64,000 nt of DNA from Spartobacteria bacterium (GCA_003167365.1 PMTM01000013.1:122667-186666); one strand, 5' to 3'. Positions 25,830 through 34,860 are shown, numbered from the stretch's first letter. Numbers and translations: made by a program. Notes: generated by a model not told the origin, from the letters alone.

Positions 25830-27077
25830 GTGCCACAGTTTTCCTATCGAGCTCGGAATGCGCAGGGCGGTCTGGTCGAAGGCGTGTTGAATTGCGCCGA
25901 TCGCGCGGTCGCGATTCGGCAAATCGAAATGCTGCAGTGCATACCGATCAAGATCGAAGCGGTCCTCGCCGCACCCGAAGCAGCGGCGAAAGGGGAAAAA
26001 CCGACAACGCTGCTATCGACACAGAACCTGAAGATTCCTCACGGACAATTGCTCGTTTTCACCGAGCAGCTCGCCCATTTGCTGCAAGCAGGAATGACGC
26101 TCGACGAAGGATTGTCGATCATGGAGAAGCGTCTCAAACAACCGCGCCTGCAACAAATGACGCGGACGCTTCATCAAGCGTTGGTTGACGGCCGAAGTTT
26201 CTCGCAAGCGCTGCGGGACTTTCCGCGAATTTTCCCGGCTATTTATGTGAACATGGTGGCGGCGGGCGAAGCCAGCGGTGCGTTACCGGACATTTTGCTG
26301 CGCTTGGTAAAGCATCTGATGCAGGCAAAAAATCTCCGCGACCGCGTGCAGCAAGCGTTGATCTATCCAGCTTTCCTCGCGGTTGCCGGCGCTGTGTTGA
26401 TCACAATTTTTATCACTTACATGGTGCCACAATTGACGGGCTTCATGTCGCAGAGCGGCGGCGCGCTTCCATTGCCCACGCGCATTCTGCTGCAAGTTAA
26501 CCATGCGATCACCGGATATTGGTGGCTCGCCGCGATTGTCGTGGTCGGGGCGATCGTCGGCTTTCGCGCGCTGGTTCGGACCGATGAAGGCCGAATAGCG
26601 TGGGACCGATTTCGCCTTGTCATTCCGGGATACGGCCGAGTGATTCGCCACCGTTATTACGCGCAGTTTTCGCGCACCCTCGGCACGCTGATGGAGAATG
26701 GAATTCCGCTGCTTCGCGCACTCGATCTCGTGGCCGAGATCGCCGATAACCGGTTTCTCGAATTAAAACTGGTGGAGGTGCGGCGGGCCGTGATCGATGG
26801 CGCGACCTTGTCCGCAGCTTTGCAGGTTCAAAAGCTGTTTCCCGATTTGTTTACCGACATGATGTCGGTCGGCGAGCAAACCGGCCACTTCGCCGGAACC
26901 ATGCAGACGATCGCCGATGTCTACGAACGCGAACTGGATCGCACGGTCGCGATCATTTCGCAGTTGATCCCGCCTCTCATTATTGTGTTGATTGCGATTT
27001 TAGTCGGCTTTGTCGTTTACAGCATCCTCTCAGCCGTATTCGAAATGACACATAGCTTGCAGTTCCGCCCGCACTGA
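25830..27077 (+). CDS. gspF: Type II secretion / type IV pilus platform protein GspF/PilC family
   Basis: Starts (V)PQFSYRARNAQGG, as GspF/PilC proteins typically do. Two T2SSF repeats and 3 TM segments. GTG 25830 is chosen; the track ORF extends upstream to 25662. Confidence 0.9.
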   Translation: MPQFSYRARNAQGGLVEGVLNCADRAVAIRQIEMLQCIPIKIEAVLAAPEAAAKGEKPTTLLSTQNLKIPHGQLLVFTEQLAHLLQAGMTLDEGLSIMEKRLKQPRLQQMTRTLHQALVDGRSFSQALRDFPRIFPAIYVNMVAAGEASGALPDILLRLVKHLMQAKNLRDRVQQALIYPAFLAVAGAVLITIFITYMVPQLTGFMSQSGGALPLPTRILLQVNHAITGYWWLAAIVVVGAIVGFRALVRTDEGRIAWDRFRLVIPGYGRVIRHRYYAQFSRTLGTLMENGIPLLRALDLVAEIADNRFLELKLVEVRRAVIDGATLSAALQVQKLFPDLFTDMMSVGEQTGHFAGTMQTIADVYERELDRTVAIISQLIPPLIIVLIAILVGFVVYSILSAVFEMTHSLQFRPH

Positions 27078-27084
27078 GATAATC

Positions 27085-28167
27085 TTGGCGGCGATTTACA
27101 TGCTCATCCGCACCGTTGCGTTCGCACTTACTCTAGGCGCAACCTCTTTTATACACGCGCAAGAGGCGCTGACCGAGGCATTGCCAAGGCTGGATAACGC
27201 CACCGCGAAATCAAAGCCTCCGGAAAGCGCCTGGCTCGACTTGCGCCAGAATGCACCAAACAATTCCACCACTCAGACTGCGCCAAACTGGGTGGAATCT
27301 GTCGCAATGGTCGCCGGGCAAGCGGCCAATGAAGAGAGCGCAAAAATTACTTTTCGGATTCGCGTGGCGCGACCGCCAGGAGATTACTCCGTTTTATTTT
27401 TCCGTTTGTTCTTCGATGACAAAGCAGACGCCCGTCCTGAATTAGTTGCATGGGATGAATCCGGCACTCAAGTTTTGCGTTCCGGCCCGCTCGGTTCCGG
27501 AATCGATGTGGCCAGTTCGGATTCAGTGATGATTCCAATGAACGGGATTTCGACCATCGACATCGAAGTCCCGGGCGACGGAAAAACGATCCGCGGCGCC
27601 TATCTCGACTGGATGACGAGTAGCGAAGTGGTGCATCCGCTCAGCACTGAACATCGGGACATGATCCCCCAACCCTTTTCAGAGCTGCCGCCATTGCACT
27701 CGCCAACGCAAGACATAGAGCAGTTCGGCACCGTCACGGCGACGTTGGCCGCGGACACTATCCGCATCGGACCGAGCGTCGAGCAAGGCGCAGGATTTCA
27801 ATTCGGAATTGAATCGCAGCCATTACTCGCTGTGCTCACGTTTGAAGTCGCAAGTCCACGCGTCGACGCGCCGCCAGAAGTTTACGTTAACGGCGAAGAC
27901 ATCGGTCCGGCAACGCTGACGCTGCCCGAGCTGGCCGATCCCGGCTATCGCGGCGAAATGGAATCTCTCGCCCACCAAATGCGTTTTCAATACACCGGCT
28001 GGCTGCGTGCACAGAAGATCGTGCCGATCGATAATTTGAAAGTTGGGACAAATGACGTGATTGTGCTCGCTGGCGCGGGAACATCGACATCGGCGATTCG
28101 AGGGACGCAGATTCAATTGAAATATCTTTGGGAGAAATCCGATTACCTGCTGAAACCGGGGCGTTAA
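27085..28167 (+). CDS. Exported hypothetical protein embedded between gspF and gspG
   Basis: Signal peptide (IRTVAFALTLGATSFIHAQEA) followed by two beta-rich halves. I recognise no motif. Start is TTG 27085 or ATG 27100. The stop lies 3 nt before the gspG ATG. Confidence 0.75.
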   Translation: MAAIYMLIRTVAFALTLGATSFIHAQEALTEALPRLDNATAKSKPPESAWLDLRQNAPNNSTTQTAPNWVESVAMVAGQAANEESAKITFRIRVARPPGDYSVLFFRLFFDDKADARPELVAWDESGTQVLRSGPLGSGIDVASSDSVMIPMNGISTIDIEVPGDGKTIRGAYLDWMTSSEVVHPLSTEHRDMIPQPFSELPPLHSPTQDIEQFGTVTATLAADTIRIGPSVEQGAGFQFGIESQPLLAVLTFEVASPRVDAPPEVYVNGEDIGPATLTLPELADPGYRGEMESLAHQMRFQYTGWLRAQKIVPIDNLKVGTNDVIVLAGAGTSTSAIRGTQIQLKYLWEKSDYLLKPGR

Positions 28168-28170
28168 TTC

Positions 28171-28581
28171 ATGAAGAGAAAACAACAAGGCTTCACGCTT
28201 CTCGAGATCATGCTCGTGGTGACGATCATCTCGCTGCTGCTTGGCGCCGCTATTTATAAGCTCGGCGGCAACGTCGAATATGCGCGCCACACTACGGTGG
28301 CGGCCGATCTTCAGGCATTAACTACGCAGCTCAAACTTTACGAAAGCATGAATGGATTCATGCCGACAACTGAGCAAGGCCTGCGAGCGCTCGTTGTCCA
28401 ACCCGACACGGATCCGAGGCCCTCGCGCTGGTATCAATTGTTCAAGGAAACCCCTAAAGATCCGTGGCATAGCGACTACATTTACTTAAATCCCGGCCGG
28501 AAAAATCCGAGCGGCTTCGATCTTTATTCGGCAGGTCCAGATCGCAAACCCGACACCCCGGACGACGATTGGGGCAACTAA
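28171..28581 (+). CDS. gspG: Type II secretion major pseudopilin GspG
   Basis: Prepilin motif KQQGFTLLEIMLVV, and the GspG C-terminal pattern DPWHSDYIYLNPG...FDLYSAGPD. Confidence 0.93.
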   Translation: MKRKQQGFTLLEIMLVVTIISLLLGAAIYKLGGNVEYARHTTVAADLQALTTQLKLYESMNGFMPTTEQGLRALVVQPDTDPRPSRWYQLFKETPKDPWHSDYIYLNPGRKNPSGFDLYSAGPDRKPDTPDDDWGN

Positions 28582-28603
28582 TCGAAGCGCGGTTGACCAG
28601 CGC

Positions 28604-29209
28604 TCAGTTTTCCGGATTATCGATGGGCCTTGGAATGGGAGTGGCACCTTCTGCCCCTCCGGGACTCCTCGGTATTACCCCACGAACGCGCGGTGGAGGA
28701 GTCGGTAACGATGGGATTGGCGCCGGTTTTGGAAAAGTTGTTTGAACGGGAGTCGAACCGCCCGGCGGGACAATAACTGTGGGCGCCGGTGGCGCGTTCG
28801 GGCCCGATTGAGTCAACAACGCCTGATTGAAAGTGAGCGTGGCGAATTTTCCGTCCTTGCTGATTGTCACCTTCGTCGCGCCGACCCGATCCGACCATTC
28901 GATATTGGCGATGCTATAGCCGTCTTCCGGTTGCTTGGTTGAAAGATACTTTTTGAAACTCTTGTCGGTACTGGATGCGAGCGTGACCATGTCGCCATCG
29001 GAAGATCTCGCGGCGTTGGCGATATAAAGATCTTTCGCAAAATCCGGCGTGGCCGCCGGCAACGCCACCGCGGTGGCCACGGCAAACGGCGAGCGGTCCA
29101 GCATTGCTTGATAACGATCGAAATTGAAACGATTCGGGATATCGTCCGCGCGAGCCAAGACCGCGCCAGCCAACGTCAAGATCGACATCCAGATTGCGAT
29201 GGATTTCAT
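28604..29209 (-). CDS. Exported protein with a Pro-rich C-terminal tail (possible GspC/PilP-like HR-domain protein)
   Basis: Signal or anchor sequence MKSIAIWMSILTLAGAVLARA, a central beta-rich segment (YSIANIEWSDRVGATKVTISKDGKFATLTF), then PAPTVIVPPGG...PTPPPR. Last gene of the gspH-M string. The function call is a guess. Confidence 0.65.
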   Translation of the reverse strand: MKSIAIWMSILTLAGAVLARADDIPNRFNFDRYQAMLDRSPFAVATAVALPAATPDFAKDLYIANAARSSDGDMVTLASSTDKSFKKYLSTKQPEDGYSIANIEWSDRVGATKVTISKDGKFATLTFNQALLTQSGPNAPPAPTVIVPPGGSTPVQTTFPKPAPIPSLPTPPPRVRGVIPRSPGGAEGATPIPRPIDNPEN

Positions 29210-29214
29210 GATGA

Positions 29215-29769
29215 TCACTTTCCTTTTTGGACCGGCGCGAACCATTTGGCTATTTTGAACTTGCCCCGCATCATCGTGGAATCGCCACTCTCAATGCTGA
29301 GATTTACGCTATCAAAGACGACAAACGCATCGGGCTGCTGCGCGTCGTAGAGAAAATGAACCAACGGCGGCCACGGACTCTTTGTTTCGATAGAAGCAAA
29401 AACCGTTTGATGGGTCGGAGTTGTTTCGCCCGACCCAATAGCGGGATTCTCGATCAGGATATTGTACTTGCCGGCGACTTGTTTGAGTTGATCGAGAAAG
29501 GTCGATGCTTCGGCTGCGTTTTTTAGAGACGGCTGTTTCTGGTGAAGCCACTGGTCGCGCTTCGCCCAAAGACTTTTTTCCTTCAAATAAACCGACTGTT
29601 GTTTACGAGCGGCCTTCTCTGCCGCCAGCTCAGTGCGGGCTCGGCCCGCCATGCCGAAGAACCAGTTCCAAATAAAAAGATTGAGCAATAGAAAGAGGAC
29701 GCCGGCCACGCTGGCGGAGAGGAGGCGCTCGCGCCGATTCATCCTTTCAAAAAAAGCGGGCAACTTCAT
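29215..29769 (-). CDS. GspM/PilO-like bitopic inner-membrane protein
   Basis: 184 aa: short cytoplasmic N-terminus, one TM (LLSASVAGVLFLLLNLFIW), a coiled coil, then an alpha/beta C-terminal domain. ATGA overlap with the upstream gspL-like gene. Confidence 0.6.
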   Translation of the reverse strand: MKLPAFFERMNRRERLLSASVAGVLFLLLNLFIWNWFFGMAGRARTELAAEKAARKQQSVYLKEKSLWAKRDQWLHQKQPSLKNAAEASTFLDQLKQVAGKYNILIENPAIGSGETTPTHQTVFASIETKSPWPPLVHFLYDAQQPDAFVVFDSVNLSIESGDSTMMRGKFKIAKWFAPVQKGK

Positions 29770-30947
29770 CGCGGTTTTCCCTCCAATCGAAACTGCGCGT
29801 GATCGTTCGGCAAAATTCGCGGCGGAGTTGTCAAGTCGAACACAAATGCCTGCAGGCCGGGATTTTTTTTAACTTTATCCACAAATTGATAAGCGAGTGC
29901 CGCGGTCTTCGCCTCGCCATCTATCGAAATCTGCCGCGCCGATTGATTGTAAGTGGTAATGCGGACGTCGACCGAAGGCAGGCTTTCGGAAAGATGCTGC
30001 AATATTTCAACCGGGTAATAACGCGGGTCGATCGCCGGAGCCAGCGCCTTCCAATTCGCATCTGTCGAACGAACGAATTCCGTTTGCGGTGCATCATGCG
30101 CGACACGGCGAGCGAGGCGCCCGATTTCGAGACGCATCAACCCAATATAATTGAGGAAGAGCAACAGCACCGCGCCGTAGGCGGTCCCAGCCCAGACCAG
30201 GCGCTTCCGCCACTCCGTTAGCCTGACCAGTTGAGAACGCCGCGCGCGCCAGCTTTCCGGCAGCAAATTCAATTTAACTGAAGCCGGCGGTGTTTCGATC
30301 CCAACCATTTCGGCGCGACTGGCCAGAATGCCCTGAACTGTGTCGCGCAATTCATAACAGGTCTCGTCCAGCAGTACGTTTGGAAACGAGGCGTTGATTC
30401 CCTGCAACTCCGCGCTCAGAGCGAGTTGCGGAAGTTCCATCTGCAATTTCTCCGGATCCACGCCCTCAAGCGTGCGAGTAAGGCTGAGCTTGCCGTTTTC
30501 CGTCACGGCGGAGACCAGCGCTTCTCCTTCGGGATAGATAAGAAGCGTGTTTCCCTTGGGAGCGTGGGTGGCGGCGCGTTGAGCGGCGTAAACCGTTACC
30601 TGCCGTGGAATGAAACCGTGATCGAGCAATGGCGCCGCGAGCTCGGCAAGTTGGTTGTTGCGAACCGCCACCGCCGAAACAACGCTATCGGTTTCGGTTT
30701 GCTCGATAACTTCGAAGTCGGTTGTCAGTTCATCTGGCGAAAACGGCAGCGCCTTTTCGACTTGGATTCTCACCATCTCGGAAAACTCCGACGGATCGAC
30801 GGTCGGCAAACGAAAGCGTTGCGCCAGCACGGCAGATATCGGCAAGCCAAGGACAAGATCATCTTCCGCCGTCAACAGTGGGACGGCGTCGTCCAGCGTC
30901 CGAAGCGCGTGCACATCCCATGTGCCATTAAGATCGGCGGAACGCAT
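29766..30947 (-). CDS. GspL-like protein (PilM-like cytoplasmic domain, TM, PilN-like periplasmic domain)
   Basis: 393 aa with a central TM (LVWAGTAYGAVLLLFLNYIGL). Its position between the gspK-like and gspM-like genes matches the canonical T2SS order. Confidence 0.65.
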   Translation of the reverse strand: MRSADLNGTWDVHALRTLDDAVPLLTAEDDLVLGLPISAVLAQRFRLPTVDPSEFSEMVRIQVEKALPFSPDELTTDFEVIEQTETDSVVSAVAVRNNQLAELAAPLLDHGFIPRQVTVYAAQRAATHAPKGNTLLIYPEGEALVSAVTENGKLSLTRTLEGVDPEKLQMELPQLALSAELQGINASFPNVLLDETCYELRDTVQGILASRAEMVGIETPPASVKLNLLPESWRARRSQLVRLTEWRKRLVWAGTAYGAVLLLFLNYIGLMRLEIGRLARRVAHDAPQTEFVRSTDANWKALAPAIDPRYYPVEILQHLSESLPSVDVRITTYNQSARQISIDGEAKTAALAYQFVDKVKKNPGLQAFVFDLTTPPRILPNDHAQFRLEGKPR

Positions 30948-31005
30948 CAGCGTCCAGCCCTGGCGCGCGGGAATTATGAATACAGATGTCGGTATCGCTT
31001 CGATA

Positions 31006-31920
31006 TCAAAGCTCCTTCCACATGACCACTATTGGAACGTTCCCGTTCTTTCGCACAATCATTTGTACGACGCGCGTGACATCGCCCGATTTTCCCACAC
31101 TCCTCACTCGAAACGCCGGGTCTTTAAATCCAACCAGTCCGGCCAGCTGCTTGATCTGCTCCGGAGAAAGGCCGAGCGCGGCGAGTTGCTCATCTTTGCT
31201 ATTGAATTGCATATCGTCGGCTGTTCCGTCGATTCCATCAGGACCACGGCGCAACATAAGAAAGCGATCGACCGATGGCTCCGTCATCCCAGGCAAAGCG
31301 AGCATCACGTCGCGTGAAGCCCATGCTAAATCCACTGGGCCGGCGCTGTTGACCGACAACTCGTCCTCCCATCCGGGCACGGCCGTAAACTCGGCCCAGC
31401 CCTTCACTTTTTTCAATTCATCGACTCGCGTGAGCAAAGTGTGCGAGGGATGATAATCCTCGCTGTCGGTCGCGCCGTTCAAGTGGTGTTGTCCGGTATT
31501 TGGCTCCACCCAGTCGAGCAAGCAATCGATCATCTGATCGCGTTCATTCAGATCGATACCTTTGATTTCGAGATAGCGGCGCAAAATTCCCAAACGCACC
31601 GGATCTTCACCAGCAACGAGCCAATTCAAATTCAAGCCGCCTCCCTCTCCGGTAATTCGGACGGTGTAACTTTCGCGCGAGCTAATGCGGCGATTCAAAT
31701 TCGGCGAATCCAGTTTGATGAGCGGATGCAATGCAACTTCCGCGCCGGAACAGGCGAGTGCTTCCGCTTCCAAAACACGGTTCGCATTTCCGGAAAGCGT
31801 GAGACGAGAATCGATATCGAGCGCCCAAGAAATCACGAGCGCGCTCAACAAGAAAAGCGCCCACAGCGCCAGCATCAAGGCCGCGCCGCGCGATCGCGAA
31901 GGCAAGATCGAAGTCTTCAT
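31006..31920 (-). CDS. gspK: Type II secretion minor pseudopilin GspK-like
   Basis: SRGAALMLALWALFLLSAL N-terminus without Glu+5, GGGLNLNWL, and an HhH-like LPGMTEPSVDRFL. Start is ATG 31920, in an ATGA overlap with the gspJ-like stop. Confidence 0.78.
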   Translation of the reverse strand: MKTSILPSRSRGAALMLALWALFLLSALVISWALDIDSRLTLSGNANRVLEAEALACSGAEVALHPLIKLDSPNLNRRISSRESYTVRITGEGGGLNLNWLVAGEDPVRLGILRRYLEIKGIDLNERDQMIDCLLDWVEPNTGQHHLNGATDSEDYHPSHTLLTRVDELKKVKGWAEFTAVPGWEDELSVNSAGPVDLAWASRDVMLALPGMTEPSVDRFLMLRRGPDGIDGTADDMQFNSKDEQLAALGLSPEQIKQLAGLVGFKDPAFRVRSVGKSGDVTRVVQMIVRKNGNVPIVVMWKEL

Positions 31921-32564
31921 AACGGTGTGCGCCCCAACGGAATGATCGCTTCCCAAGGCACCGACGCGTCAGTCCTTCCCACCGTGACTTTGACCAATCG
32001 CGGCAAAGTGACCGTGTCCGCCCATTTATCCAGCCAAACATTGAATCGCGGATCGAAATAGCGAATTTGCAAGCTGCTGACACCTTCGATCAAAGGCACC
32101 CACGTCTCCCGCTCGTTGGTGATGGACTGATCGTTCTTGGGTTTGCGTAGAAAACCGAGATCGAGGCGGTTGCCTTTTTTGCTGGCCGGCTGCAGACGCA
32201 TGCTGACGGTGAAATCGCCGGGGGCATATCGAGTGAGCAAACCGGGACCAGCGCCGCACGTCCATGTGATTTCATCACGCGAGCGCTCGTCCAACTTCAA
32301 CGGCTCGCCTACGAGCGCCTTCATTCCCGGGATCAAACTTTGCCACTGTGAGGTCAAGAGATCGCGCAGACCGCCGTAGCGCGCATCGGCCGCGCTCGCC
32401 TCGGAAGAAACGCGAAGCGAAATGAGATTCGATTGGACGAACCGATAAATCGCCATCGACATGAGCCCGAGAATCGCCACCGCCAACGTGATCTCTAACA
32501 GTGTAAAGCCGCGCCTCGCACCAATCCGCTGCTCTGGATATTGGATGCCGTTAACGATAGACAT
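31917..32564 (-). CDS. Minor pseudopilin GspJ-like
   Basis: Prepilin-type N-terminus RRGFTLLEITLAVAILGL. Length 215 aa. Assigned from its position in the H-I-J-K order. Confidence 0.72.
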   Translation of the reverse strand: MSIVNGIQYPEQRIGARRGFTLLEITLAVAILGLMSMAIYRFVQSNLISLRVSSEASAADARYGGLRDLLTSQWQSLIPGMKALVGEPLKLDERSRDEITWTCGAGPGLLTRYAPGDFTVSMRLQPASKKGNRLDLGFLRKPKNDQSITNERETWVPLIEGVSSLQIRYFDPRFNVWLDKWADTVTLPRLVKVTVGRTDASVPWEAIIPLGRTPL

Positions 32565-32988
32565 AAAATTCGATTTGCCGTGATTGGTCGATCCCGCTTC
32601 GCGTCCATCTCGCGTTCAAAGTCACAAAATTAATTCTATCGAGCTGAGTTCCGTCCGCCTCTTTCAATTCGGCCGGTCCGCTTTTTTGGATCAACTGAAC
32701 AACGCCGTAACCCGTGTCGATCTTCAATTCCTTCGCCGCGTCGGGAAACCCGGGCGTCGCTTGAATCTCCGCCATTCGATTGGCAAGAACCTGCCGCACA
32801 CGATCTTCTTCCTCGCTCAGCGCGCTCGCATTCAGACAGTTTTCTACTGCGCGCCCGAGCGCGAGCACACCAAGAGCAAAAATGGTCAGGCCAATGAGCA
32901 CTTCATAAAGCGCGAAGGCTGCGGTCTTCTTCTTAGCGACGAGATGCTGGATCCTAGATACTTGATTTTTGATCTCCGGAGCCAGCAT
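32551..32988 (-). CDS. Minor pseudopilin GspI-like (start uncertain)
   Basis: Mature N-terminus FALYEVLIGLTIFALGVLALG (Phe+1, Glu+5) preceded by KKKTAA. In-frame ATGs lie at 33033, 33009 and 32988, the last two inside the heptamer array. I give the most downstream ATG. Confidence 0.65.
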   Translation of the reverse strand: MLAPEIKNQVSRIQHLVAKKKTAAFALYEVLIGLTIFALGVLALGRAVENCLNASALSEEEDRVRQVLANRMAEIQATPGFPDAAKELKIDTGYGVVQLIQKSGPAELKEADGTQLDRINFVTLNARWTRSGIDQSRQIEFYVYR

Positions 32989-33010
32989 CAAGCATCTAGC
33001 ATCTAGCATC
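32941..33010. repeat. Tandem degenerate heptamer array (10 units) at the gspH/gspI junction
   Basis: On the gspI sense strand: GATGCTA GATGCTA GATGCTT GATGCTG GCTCCGG AGATCAA AAATCAA GTATCTA GGATCCA GCATCTC. Confidence 0.75.
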
Positions 33011-33019
33011 GTTTCCAAA

Positions 33020-33493
33020 TTACCTCGCCGCATAAGTGATCAGCTCGGGACGAGCGGTTAACGGGGAATAGTTCGCCGCCCACGAACCATTCCTGCCCTT
33101 GAATCGGACGACAGCCGGTTCGCATGTTCCGGATGGCCAGAAAATCCATTCGGCTGGTGGATCATTCGACAAGGCGAAAGGCAGGGCAAGTGTCAAAGCA
33201 TCTCCTCGTTCCAGTTGCAACTCCGTGGTGGGTTTGGGTTCCTCGTCCTTCGTGAAAGCTTCAGGGCGAAGCACCACATCTTTTTCGCCCCAAACAAGAA
33301 GATAGGCTCGATGTTCGGCGACGCTATGCTCCTGCGCCTGCCGGACAAGATCGTTGAAGCCATCGAGCGAACGCCGAAGCCGCTTGTCCGCCATCACGCC
33401 GCTCAAACTCGGCACGCTCAAAGCGAAAATCAGCAACATGATAGAGACCGCGATCGCGATCTCGAGCAGCGTAAAACCCCGCGCGCGTAGCAT
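33020..33493 (-). CDS. Minor pseudopilin GspH-like
   Basis: Reads MLRARGFTLLEIAIAVSIMLLIF. Length 157 aa. First gene of the minus-strand pseudopilin string. Confidence 0.78.
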   Translation of the reverse strand: MLRARGFTLLEIAIAVSIMLLIFALSVPSLSGVMADKRLRRSLDGFNDLVRQAQEHSVAEHRAYLLVWGEKDVVLRPEAFTKDEEPKPTTELQLERGDALTLALPFALSNDPPAEWIFWPSGTCEPAVVRFKGRNGSWAANYSPLTARPELITYAAR

Positions 33494-33639
33494 CGGCGAA
33501 GTTACGCCCTGAGCGCAAAATCACAACATGCCTCCCCGGCAACGTCGACAATCACCGGCAATTCTGCGCAATCAGCCGCTAAAAAAACGCAACCGACCGT
33601 CAGCAGCCGCGTTGCGACTGTGTTAGCTTTCGACCTCCA

Positions 33640-34767
33640 ATGAAGGCCGCAATTCGTATCGGTATCGTCGTGGCTGCCGTTTTCGTTTTCGGAATGATTA
33701 TCTGGCAAGGGGTTACCAGCCATGGCGCGCCGGACCCGACGCAACCGAATACGAGTCCAACCGTCGCGTTTCTTGATATTGGCGTCCTGGTATTCCGCGA
33801 AGGGCTCGAGTGCATCCTAGTGTTGGCGGCGATCACGGCGAGCATGACCGGAGATAAACGCGCCCATCGCCGGCCGGTCGCGCTCGGCGCCGGCATCGCC
33901 TTTATCGCGACCTTGATTACGTGGTTCATCGCGGTCGGGATCATGGGCCAGCTAACTGAAAGCGTCGCCGCGCTTGACTTGCAGGCCGCGACCGGACTTC
34001 TCGCGATTGTCGTCTTACTCGTGATCATGAATTGGTTCTTCCACAAGATTTATTGGGGAGGCTGGATCCGTGCGCACAATCGCCGCAGAAAAGAATTGCT
34101 CGAAGATGCGAACGCCGCGGAAGTCTCGCGGCGGCGCGTACAGTGGGGATTGCTCCTCCTCGGCTTTACCTCGCTTTACCGCGAAGGCTTCGAGGTCGTG
34201 CTCTTTTTGCAGAGCTATAATTTGCGATTGGGCGGAGGTGTCGTGCTGAAGGGAGCGCTGCTCGGCCTGATTCTTTCGGGCATGGTTGCGATCCTTACGT
34301 TTGTCCTCCAGCAGCGGCTTCCGTATCGAAAAATGTTGATTACGACGGGCATCCTCTTGGGAGTGGTATTGCTGGTGATGGTCGGCGAACAGGCGCAAGA
34401 GATGCAGCTCGCCCACTGGATATCGACAACGCAGATCAACTGGCTGGCGAATGTTATTCCTGCTTGGATGGGGATGTGGTTCGCCGTTTTCCCGACCGTC
34501 GAAACCTTGGCGGCTCAACTATTGGCGGGCGTGCTGGTGGTTGGTTCCTATTATGCGGCGCGCCGAATACGCAAGCAGCCGGGCGGCGAATTGGAGGGTG
34601 CTTCCGCTCCGGATGACGACGCCAAGATCGTCGAGCGCCTGGAGACAGCGCCCGAACAACAGGCGGATCGGCGACCAGGCCGAAGCGAACCAACGGATGA
34701 AAGCGAAAGGCATCTGACAAGGAGCGTTCCAACTCTTCGCGCAGCGGCTTCGTCTCCGCACATTTAG
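33640..34767 (+). CDS. FTR1/EfeU-family high-affinity iron permease with a long C-terminal tail
   Basis: Two REXXE motifs (REGLECILVLAAI and REGFEVVLFLQSY) and 7 TM helices. The charged tail of about 70 aa follows the last helix. Confidence 0.88.
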   Translation: MKAAIRIGIVVAAVFVFGMIIWQGVTSHGAPDPTQPNTSPTVAFLDIGVLVFREGLECILVLAAITASMTGDKRAHRRPVALGAGIAFIATLITWFIAVGIMGQLTESVAALDLQAATGLLAIVVLLVIMNWFFHKIYWGGWIRAHNRRRKELLEDANAAEVSRRRVQWGLLLLGFTSLYREGFEVVLFLQSYNLRLGGGVVLKGALLGLILSGMVAILTFVLQQRLPYRKMLITTGILLGVVLLVMVGEQAQEMQLAHWISTTQINWLANVIPAWMGMWFAVFPTVETLAAQLLAGVLVVGSYYAARRIRKQPGGELEGASAPDDDAKIVERLETAPEQQADRRPGRSEPTDESERHLTRSVPTLRAAASSPHI

Positions 34768-34860
34768 TCTCCGCTTGGCAGCTTGATGCGGCACGTCCCG
34801 GATGTGTCGGGATTTGCGAGCATAACCCGGCACGATCCTAGCTCTTTCGAGCGGACGCCC

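Noticed and set aside
24921-33010. Tandem repeats considered as a possible CRISPR array or minisatellite.
   Set aside because: The units are 7 nt with no spacers and total 28-70 nt. There are no cas genes in the window. They are reported instead as a heptamer array family.
33494-33639. Possible Fur box in the gspH / FTR1 divergent region (GACAATCACCGGCAATTCTGCGCAATCAG).
   Set aside because: It shows only loose AAT periodicity and no 19-bp GATAATGATAATCATTATC-like palindrome. I cannot support it without a PWM scan.
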